Part shown: piece by piece, positions 57,122-64,000 of the stretch
Layout: every line of letters begins with the position of its first letter
Numbering within the stretch: position 1 is the stretch's first letter
NCBI GenBank assembly: GCA_020353515.1
Contig: CP070695.1
Span: 3,488,050-3,552,049 of the forward strand
DNA: 64,000 nucleotides
Direction: 5' to 3'
Source of the DNA: Candidatus Heimdallarchaeota archaeon
GTDB taxonomy: Archaea; Asgardarchaeota; Heimdallarchaeia; Hodarchaeales; Hodarchaeaceae
The notes under the pieces: model-generated
Database searches by the model: none
What the model saw: the letters and a program-made list of their open reading frames with translations, nothing else
What the model was told of the DNA's origin: nothing
Position numbers and translations under genes: made by a program

Positions 57122-59092
57122 ATGAAAATTGATGATATTAAACACGTAGCAGTCATAGGCGCTGGCGATATGGGACATGGGATCGCTGAAGTAGCTCTCA
57201 TGACTGGATATACAGTAAGTATGTATGATATTGCTGATGAATTTGTTGAAAAAGGAAAAGGTCGGATTGATTGGAGTCTTGCGAAGCTTGCCGAAAAAGC
57301 ACGAATTTCTGAAGCTGACCACAAGAAGTTCATGGCGAATCTTACCACAACGACAAATCTAGAGGAAGCTGTCAAAAATGCAGATCTTTGTATTGAGGCT
57401 GCTCCAGAAATACTGGATTTGAAAAAGGAAATCTTCAGCAATTTAGACAAATATGCTCCAAAACATGCTATTTTGGCATCAAACACTTCAAGTATGAGTA
57501 TTAATGAGATTGGGGCTACTACAAAAAGACCAGAAAAAGTGGCTGGATTACATTACTTTAATCCTCCTGTAATGATGCAGCTGATCGAGATTACGAAAGG
57601 CGAAAAGACCTCCGATGAGACCATAAAAATTCTCGTTGATTTCACTAAAAAAGCTCTTAAAGATCCAGTTGTATGTAAAAAAGACAGTCCAGGTTTTATC
57701 GCAAACCGAATTAATGCTCCTACAATGTTATGGATGTACCTCATGTATGATAACAAAGAATTTAACCCTGCAGAAGTTGATCGAGCTTGTATGAATATGG
57801 GCATGAGAATGGGTATATATGAATTAGCTGACTTCACAGGTTTAGATATATCCTATCATCTCTTAAATTATTTTGGGGATCGTCTTCATAAGGATTATAA
57901 ACCTCCTGCCAGTTTAGAAAAGTTATTCAAGGACAAAAATCTTGGTAAAAAAACAGGTTCTGGGATTTATGAATGGCCAGAGGTAGGAAGACCGGAGATT
58001 GGTGAAAAAGCAGCTGATTTTGATTTAATGAATCTGTTAAGGATCCAGATCAATGAAGCAGCCAAAGTATTAGAAGAAGGTCTTACTACAGCTAAGGAAA
58101 TCGACACTGCCATGAAAAAGGGATTTAATAATCCTTTTGGGCCTATTGAAATGGCTGAAACTACTGACCTAAAAGAATTAACTGAATTCTTAGATGGTCT
58201 TGCAGATAAATATGGCAAAGAAATTTACAAAGCCCACGATTGGATTCGAGATGGATCATTACCGGATCGTGCAAAAGGAGTAGCAAAAGAAGAGAAAAAA
58301 TCGCCTTATGAATTTGAAACCGTTAAAATCATTAAGGATCCAGAAAATTTTGTCACAACACTTCTGATGAATCGTCCCCCTCTAAATCTGATGGATACTC
58401 AACTTTTAACTGATCTCGGAAGCGCGTTAGAACTCCTTGTTGACGACAATGAAACTCGTGTAATTGTATTGAGAGGTGCAGCCAAGTGCTTCTCGGGTGG
58501 ATTTGACATGGCATCAGGTCTTTACGACAGCGCATGGGACGTGAAAAAGGGTGTTGTGAGAGGACAACGAACTTTCAAACGTTTCCGTGATATCCCCAAG
58601 CCTGTTATTGCAGCAATTGAACGATATGCATTTGGTGGGGGATTAGAACTAGCAATGAGTTGTGACTTACGTTTTGCCAAGAAAAGTGCCAAGATGGGGC
58701 TGACTGAAGTGACCCTAGGATTAATTCCAGGTTGGGGTGGTACACAACTAATGGTTCGACATCTAGGTATCGGTAAAACGATGGAACTGATTCTTACTGG
58801 TGAACGGATTGAAGCCAAACGAGCTTTCAAAATGGGATTAATCAATCGTGCAATTGATGATGAAGACTTTGAAGAAGAAGTCTATGAAGTCGCTAAGAAG
58901 ATCGCACTTAGAAGTGCTCCCATCTCAGTAGGTATTGTTAAACAATTAGTTAACTTTGGTAGTCAAATTCCTCTTGATGTGGGCCTCGAATGGGAAAGCT
59001 ATGGTTCTGCTCTTAATTTTACTACAGAAGATCTCCAAGAAGGTGTTATGTCCTTCATGCAGAAAAAGAAACCAGAGTTCAAATACCGATAA
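57122..59092 (+). CDS. 3-hydroxyacyl-CoA dehydrogenase / enoyl-CoA hydratase fusion
   Basis: GAGDMGHGIA, SNTS, HYFNPP, PGFIANR; C-terminal crotonase FSGGFD, AFGGGLE, PGWGGT. Confidence 0.93.
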   Translation: MKIDDIKHVAVIGAGDMGHGIAEVALMTGYTVSMYDIADEFVEKGKGRIDWSLAKLAEKARISEADHKKFMANLTTTTNLEEAVKNADLCIEAAPEILDLKKEIFSNLDKYAPKHAILASNTSSMSINEIGATTKRPEKVAGLHYFNPPVMMQLIEITKGEKTSDETIKILVDFTKKALKDPVVCKKDSPGFIANRINAPTMLWMYLMYDNKEFNPAEVDRACMNMGMRMGIYELADFTGLDISYHLLNYFGDRLHKDYKPPASLEKLFKDKNLGKKTGSGIYEWPEVGRPEIGEKAADFDLMNLLRIQINEAAKVLEEGLTTAKEIDTAMKKGFNNPFGPIEMAETTDLKELTEFLDGLADKYGKEIYKAHDWIRDGSLPDRAKGVAKEEKKSPYEFETVKIIKDPENFVTTLLMNRPPLNLMDTQLLTDLGSALELLVDDNETRVIVLRGAAKCFSGGFDMASGLYDSAWDVKKGVVRGQRTFKRFRDIPKPVIAAIERYAFGGGLELAMSCDLRFAKKSAKMGLTEVTLGLIPGWGGTQLMVRHLGIGKTMELILTGERIEAKRAFKMGLINRAIDDEDFEEEVYEVAKKIALRSAPISVGIVKQLVNFGSQIPLDVGLEWESYGSALNFTTEDLQEGVMSFMQKKKPEFKYR

Positions 59093-59105
59093 AATTCTCA
59101 AATAC

Positions 59106-59130
59106 CCCCCCTTTTTCTCTTTTCTTTCTA
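59106..59130 (+). terminator. Putative oligo-T terminator after the beta-oxidation genes
   Basis: CCCCCCTTTTTCTCTTTTCTTTCT between convergent genes. Confidence 0.4.
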
Positions 59131-59141
59131 AATATGTTATC

Positions 59142-59804
59142 TTATTTTATCTCTTTTGCAAAGATTAATGGTTTAACTTCAGGAGTATCTGGCCACATAC
59201 CGTTACCACTTAGCCCTTCATAAATCACAGAAAAATTAAGCTTTTGATAGAAGTTAACAGCCTTAATATTTCTGTCACTTGTTCCTAGATGAACCCCTGT
59301 TACATTACGATCTTTGAAATGATTTTCAAGTGCTTCCATTAGCTCCGTACCAATACCTTGACGTTGGTAGTTTTGAATGATATCAATGTGGAGATGGGCA
59401 GGATAAGGTTCAAGAAGTGATTCTATATTGGGAATCTTAGGTTCCTCATCCCATCTTTCCTTGAAATGCCAGAAGACCTTAAACGTTCTAGGATATCGCC
59501 AAAGAGTATAAAAGAAAGCCCTTAGTACTATTTTGCGAATCATGTATTTACGAAACTGTTCTTCCTGCTTTTTGGAATCTAAGCTGCTTAAAATATATCC
59601 TATTACTTGCCCAGTTTTTTCGTCTTCAGCAACAAAACAGTTCTCCGGTTCGTAATCAGTGTAGTATAGACAAAACAATAGACCAAAGAGATAAAGATCG
59701 TCAAAACGGCCAGCAGCACTTTTTCCCATATAACCCGTACGCCAACAGACATTTATTACATCTTTTCGATCCTTAGATTGGTAATTGCGAATATAGGTCA
59801 TCAT
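59142..59804 (-). CDS. GNAT acetyltransferase
   Basis: YPAHLHIDI...YQRQGIG, N.KAV.FYQKL.F. Confidence 0.88.
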   Translation of the reverse strand: MMTYIRNYQSKDRKDVINVCWRTGYMGKSAAGRFDDLYLFGLLFCLYYTDYEPENCFVAEDEKTGQVIGYILSSLDSKKQEEQFRKYMIRKIVLRAFFYTLWRYPRTFKVFWHFKERWDEEPKIPNIESLLEPYPAHLHIDIIQNYQRQGIGTELMEALENHFKDRNVTGVHLGTSDRNIKAVNFYQKLNFSVIYEGLSGNGMWPDTPEVKPLIFAKEIK

Positions 59805-59836
59805 AGGTTCTCCGTCTTAAAACGTGTAACAAAACC

Positions 59837-61285
59837 TTAGATTTGATCTAGGTTTGTTAGTATTCCTTTAACAATTCTCCAGATTAAATCCACAGATTTG
59901 ATATAAACCCGTTCTTGAGGGGAATGGACATCTTTAATCTCAGGTCCTATAGATACTAATTGTAATTCCGGATCAATCCCTTTGAATAATCCAGTTTCTA
60001 ATCCTGCATGAATTGCTTTCAGTTGTACTTCAGACCCATATACCTGATTATATTCTTGCTTTACTAAGTTAAGAAACGGTGAGTCTAATTCAGGTTGCCA
60101 ACCTGGGTATAGTGGTCCAAGAGTTACTTCAACAGCTATTCTTTCTCCTATTTCCACTAATTCAGATCTTATTCGATTTAACTCAGAGTCGATCGAACTG
60201 CGTGTACTCGTAACTATTTCAACTGAGTCTGGTAAAGTTTTTACAAGAGCAAGGTTGTTAGAAGTTTCCACAAGCTCTGGAATTATTTTAGAGAAAGTTA
60301 GGGCTCCATGAGGAATTTCATATAATAAGGTTAGAATTGAATTCGTTGACGTCAAACATGTGTTTTGAGACGTTTCATACATTTCAGCTTTAATATTAGA
60401 CTCGTCTTTACGATAGCTCTCAATTTGTTTTCCCCATTCATCAAACATCTGCCTAACAGCTTCATCATTATCCACAAGAAACTCACAATAGGCATCACGG
60501 GGAATAGCATTGTGTGCACTACCTCCATTGATAGTACTAATATGGAAATCATAATCTACTTTCTGCCGAAGATTGATCAATCCTTCTACTAGAACTTTGA
60601 TTGCATTTAATCGTGGTTTATGTATGTCTACACCTGAATGTCCACCTCTTAAACCACCTACAGAAAGCCTGAAACCTGTGAGTGAGGGTTTATTTTCCCA
60701 CTTGGTTGATATTGTGATTTTTGTATCGCCTCCTCCGGCACTTGATACTGTTATTTCTCCTTCTTTTTCAGAATCAAGATTGAGAAGATATTTATATTTA
60801 AAAAAAATTTTTTCTAATCCAAATGCACCTGTTAATCCTGTTTCTTCGTCCACAGTTAATAATACATCAATCGGGCCATGATTTAGGTCTGGATCACTTA
60901 TTGCAGTAAGAGCCATTGCCACCCCAATTCCATTGTCAGCTCCTAGGGTCGTACCTTCCGCTGTAACATAATCATCTTCGATTTTTATAGGAATCGGATC
61001 ATTATCAAAATCATGGGAGCTTTCAGGGATCTTTTGAGCTACCATATCAAGATGACCTTGTAGAATTATTCCAGGATAGTTTTCGTATCCTTTAGAAGCT
61101 GCAACTGATAGTAGAAGATTTCCGATGGAATCTTCTTCCCATGAAATTTGATGTTTGTCTGCCCAAGCTTTTACCCAAGCACGGATTTTTTCCTCTTTTT
61201 TCGACTCACGGGGGATCCTTGAAATATCCTCAAACATTCTCCAAACAATTTGCGGTTCTAACTTCTCTAGTATCCTTTTTTCCAA
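59837..61285 (-). CDS. pepD: Aminoacyl-histidine dipeptidase (M20C)
   Basis: LQGHLDMV, GTTLGADNGIG, DEETGL, NLDSE, GGHSG, IHAGLE, HSPQE. Confidence 0.93.
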   Translation of the reverse strand: MEKRILEKLEPQIVWRMFEDISRIPRESKKEEKIRAWVKAWADKHQISWEEDSIGNLLLSVAASKGYENYPGIILQGHLDMVAQKIPESSHDFDNDPIPIKIEDDYVTAEGTTLGADNGIGVAMALTAISDPDLNHGPIDVLLTVDEETGLTGAFGLEKIFFKYKYLLNLDSEKEGEITVSSAGGGDTKITISTKWENKPSLTGFRLSVGGLRGGHSGVDIHKPRLNAIKVLVEGLINLRQKVDYDFHISTINGGSAHNAIPRDAYCEFLVDNDEAVRQMFDEWGKQIESYRKDESNIKAEMYETSQNTCLTSTNSILTLLYEIPHGALTFSKIIPELVETSNNLALVKTLPDSVEIVTSTRSSIDSELNRIRSELVEIGERIAVEVTLGPLYPGWQPELDSPFLNLVKQEYNQVYGSEVQLKAIHAGLETGLFKGIDPELQLVSIGPEIKDVHSPQERVYIKSVDLIWRIVKGILTNLDQI

Positions 61286-61309
61286 TCTTATTTCCTCTCT
61301 GATAACCGA

Positions 61310-62125
61310 CTAATCATTTAGCCATGAAATTTTAAGCTGATCTTCAGGAGTAAATAATTCCTTGACAAATAAGAACCCAATTAGTATTTCACCAATAAAC
61401 CCTGCTGACAAAATCATCAAGAAGATAATTACTTGATAGATAGCAGCAATCACTGGATTCACCCCTCCTATAATCATGCCACTCATTAATCCTGGAATGG
61501 TCACTATACCGAGTACAGCAACACGGTTAGTAGTAGGAAGAAGACCAGCTCGAAAAGAATCTTTCAATATTGGTTTCACCGAATTCCAGGCACTATCTCC
61601 TAGTGATAATGCAGCTTCGATTGCTCCTCTTGACTTTTTTATATCAGCAATTAATCTTTCCAAGACAATTGTAGTCATAACCATAACGTTAGCTATTACC
61701 ATTCCGCCCATTGGAATTATATACGTTCCCTGTCTCTCAATTATAGAGATAGGTGTTGAATCAATTGTTAGGATGGGAGTTGTAACTATTACCATCACAA
61801 AAATACTAGCTGTTGTTATCGCAATTAATTCTAGCCTGAAAATATTAGGATAAGGAAAGCGATTCTTTGCGGTATAAGCTGCAAATATACACATAAATAG
61901 AAGTACACCATAAAGTATTATTATATCTCTTAATTCAAATATGAATATTAGAATAGAAGCCATTAGAAGAATCTGAACAAATCCACGAGAAAAGCTCCAA
62001 ATGAATGCTTTCTCTAAATTAACTTTCTGCCAATAAGCCAATAACACAATTAATGTTAGAAGAAGAACTGAAAATAAAATTCTAAATACCATTTCTAAAA
62101 GTTCTGTTTCTGTGGGTAAAGCCAT
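61310..62125 (-). CDS. fetB: ABC permease FetB/YbbM (UPF0014)
   Basis: R..VQ, IIPMGGM, E.ALSLG, GIVTIPGLMSGMI.GG..P..A..YQ. Confidence 0.88.
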   Translation of the reverse strand: MALPTETELLEMVFRILFSVLLLTLIVLLAYWQKVNLEKAFIWSFSRGFVQILLMASILIFIFELRDIIILYGVLLFMCIFAAYTAKNRFPYPNIFRLELIAITTASIFVMVIVTTPILTIDSTPISIIERQGTYIIPMGGMVIANVMVMTTIVLERLIADIKKSRGAIEAALSLGDSAWNSVKPILKDSFRAGLLPTTNRVAVLGIVTIPGLMSGMIIGGVNPVIAAIYQVIIFLMILSAGFIGEILIGFLFVKELFTPEDQLKISWLND

Positions 62126-62131
62126 TTAAAT

Positions 62132-62902
62132 CTACTCTCCTTTCTCCTTTTTGAAAAATCCTCTAATCTCCTCCTCGTTGTATTTTTGAAAGAACTCTTT
62201 TGTTGATGTTTTCTCAATGAATTCTCCACCTTTTAAAAATAACAATTGATCCGTTAATCTTTTTGTTTGTTCCAAGGAATGAGTTACAATAATTATCTTT
62301 ATTTCTTCTTGAGATAATTTTCTTAGGGTATCCTCCAATATCTCCTCGGAGACAATATCCAAAGCACTGGTTGGTTCATCTAAAAGCAAAATATCGGGAT
62401 TATTGGATAAACTTCGAGCAACAGAGACACGCTGTTGCTCTCCTCCAGATAAATTTTCGATTTTACGGTCTAGAAATTCATGAGGAAGCGCAACTTTATC
62501 CAGAAGTTCAAAAAGATCTTTTTCTGTAAGATTGATTCCCCATATGCTTGGTCCATAAGTTAAATTATCACGAACTGTTTCAGGAAAGAGGTATGGTCGT
62601 TGTTGTACTAACCCAATTCTTTTTCTTAACTCTCGAACGGGAATCGTGTCGTACCATTCACTATCAAGACTGATTTTACCTGAAGTGGCTGATATTAATC
62701 GGTTCATCAAACGCAAAAGAGTGCTCTTTCCAGAACCTGATGGACCTATTATACCAGTAATTCCTTTTCTATCAATCTTAACAGAAATATCTTTTATGAT
62801 TCGATTAGAATTAATTTCAAAATTTACATTTTGAAAACAAATTGGACAATCTTCATCATTGATACCCTGTGTGTGACCAAGACTTGACTGATATTCATTC
62901 AA
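62132..62902 (-). CDS. fetA: ABC ATP-binding protein FetA/YbbL
   Basis: GPSGSGKS, LSGGEQQR, LLLDEPT, VTH; adjacent to fetB. Confidence 0.88.
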   Translation of the reverse strand: MNEYQSSLGHTQGINDEDCPICFQNVNFEINSNRIIKDISVKIDRKGITGIIGPSGSGKSTLLRLMNRLISATSGKISLDSEWYDTIPVRELRKRIGLVQQRPYLFPETVRDNLTYGPSIWGINLTEKDLFELLDKVALPHEFLDRKIENLSGGEQQRVSVARSLSNNPDILLLDEPTSALDIVSEEILEDTLRKLSQEEIKIIIVTHSLEQTKRLTDQLLFLKGGEFIEKTSTKEFFQKYNEEEIRGFFKKEKGE

Positions 62903-63008
62903 CGAAATCCTTCCATGTATTTCAATTATGTAGAAGTGATTTGCTCTTAGAGAGAGGTCAGAGAAGCAAAATATTTTGATAAATAATTTTGTTTCTAGGG
63001 TTCTTTTT

Positions 63009-63045
63009 TATAGGTTAATCTATATCATATAGGTTGATCTATATC
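63009..63045. repeat. Tandem 18-bp direct repeat of a near-palindrome (TATAGGTTRATCTATATC x2)
   Basis: 63009-63026 TATAGGTTAATCTATATC and 63028-63045 TATAGGTTGATCTATATC. Confidence 0.8.
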
Positions 63046-63124
63046 TAATTTCTACTAAGAATAAAGAATTTAATAAATTCAAAAGTTATATAGAATAATT
63101 TATAAAATAATATTCTAATTTTTA

Positions 63125-63185
63125 CTTTTTTAGTCGGGTTAATTCTCAATAAATAATGGGAGATTCCTTTTTTGTCGGGTTATTC
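63125..63185. repeat. Direct repeat (T)nGTCGGGTTA x2, period 41
   Basis: GTCGGGTTA at 63133-63141 and 63174-63182, each preceded by a T run. Confidence 0.6.
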
Positions 63186-63286
63186 GATCTAGAATCTTTT
63201 ATAGGATAAACTATATAAAACTGTATTCTCTTATAAAAATTAAATCCCATCGTTGAGTAAAATTTTAACTAACGGTGAATCACTAG

Positions 63287-63880
63287 ATGCCAAAGGGTAA
63301 CCGTGATGAGACTGATCGCGAACTGGAGCGAAGGATATCGCTTTTTGATCGACCAGTTGCGTTGAAAGAACTAGCTAAAGTCCTTAACTGGAACCCAGGG
63401 AAAGTTGATGGTGCTGTCAATCGTTTACAGGAAGAAGGGAAGGTTGCTACAGTCAAAGTTGTTCCTCCTAAAGGGCATCGTCAGCGATGGGTCGGATTAC
63501 CATCGAGAAAATACTATTGGAATAATTTCTTCCAGAATAAAATTCTTAAAGACCAAAATATTATTGTAGATGATCCCTTGAAAATTTTTGAAGGCATATC
63601 ACAAACATTAGATACAACGGATATTGAAAGAAAAAACCAAATTGATCTTAATCTTGCACAGGTATTACATGAATTCCAACCAAAAATAACTGAAACAGCG
63701 GAAAAATTAGGAACAAGCAGCAGTGAACTATTACGTACTATACTAACTGATGGATTAAATGAAAACACTCCCTTTTTCAAAGAACTAATAAAAGTCTTCA
63801 CCCAAGTTTATAGAGAAACAGAGAATCCAATCCTTAGGGATATGATTTTCAGGGCTCAACAATCGGTTAAAATGGGATAA
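63287..63880 (+). CDS. Winged-HTH DNA-binding protein
   Basis: ALKELAKVLNWNPGKVDGAVNRLQEEGKV; SD GGTGA. Confidence 0.7.
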   Translation: MPKGNRDETDRELERRISLFDRPVALKELAKVLNWNPGKVDGAVNRLQEEGKVATVKVVPPKGHRQRWVGLPSRKYYWNNFFQNKILKDQNIIVDDPLKIFEGISQTLDTTDIERKNQIDLNLAQVLHEFQPKITETAEKLGTSSSELLRTILTDGLNENTPFFKELIKVFTQVYRETENPILRDMIFRAQQSVKMG

Positions 63881-63883
63881 TAA

Positions 63884-64000
63884 ATGTCAGATGATTTTTC
63901 ATCTTCCATTAGCTTGTTGGCGGATCTTGAGCTTCACGAATGTTCAAAATGTAAGAAACCCACCGAATCAACAAAATTAGACCAAGGACTATGTCCAGAA
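63884..64000 (+). CDS. Partial Zn-ribbon protein (runs off right edge)
   Basis: MSDDFSSSISLLADLELHECSKCKKPTESTKLDQGLCPE; CxxC...CPx, 3 nt after the HTH stop. Confidence 0.55.
   Translation, partial: MSDDFSSSISLLADLELHECSKCKKPTESTKLDQGLCPE

Noticed and set aside
57010-57486. 158-aa minus-strand ORF and the many other short antisense ORFs in the track
   Set aside because: Shadow frames of well-supported genes on the opposite strand.
24111-59092. Complete 3HP/4HB carbon-fixation cycle
   Set aside because: Only generic steps are present (epimerase-like, AbfD, crotonase, thiolase); no carboxylase or reductases in the window.
63009-63215. Possible CRISPR array
   Set aside because: Repeats are too short, spacing is irregular, there are no spacer-sized unique intervals, and no cas genes are present.

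Overview
AT-rich, gene-dense archaeal chromosome segment, most likely an Asgard archaeon (Heimdallarchaeia/Hodarchaeales-like). This is an inference from a roadblock protein, a longin-like protein, a short archaeal-type PurA, AMP phosphorylases, an HADH-ECH fusion and GGTGA/GGAGG Shine-Dalgarno motifs. Main blocks: (1) 1-7.5 kb: a nucleotidyltransferase, two gamma-class N6-adenine DNA methyltransferases, and a class II (bacterial/eukaryotic-type) CCA-adding enzyme fused to an apparently circularly permuted P-loop (PNK/AAA_33-like) kinase. (2) 8.7-20.8 kb: a chemotaxis-like cluster (cheB, cheR, cheC, cheA, cheY, a 1150-aa six-CheW protein, cheW, a longin-like gene, second cheB). No chemoreceptor, CheD, CheF or archaellum gene is recognisable in the window, and the core operon is headed by the longin-like gene. 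(3) 21-34 kb: mixed metabolic genes. (4) 35-46 kb: nucleotide salvage (double-SIS isomerase, two tandem AMP phosphorylase paralogs, HAD, PRT, purB, purA). (5) 46-63 kb: CobW plus UroD/MtaA-thioredoxin, 4-hydroxybutyryl-CoA dehydratase, DHH, N4/N6 methylase, SCP2-thiolase-HADH/ECH, PepD and FetAB. (6) A repeat-rich intergenic region before an HTH gene at the right edge. No rRNA, tRNA, CRISPR array or transposase was recognised. The best candidates for undescribed biology are the longin-led, hexa-CheW chemosensory operon and the CCA enzyme with a permuted kinase. All family calls come from reading motifs by eye; no database search was run.
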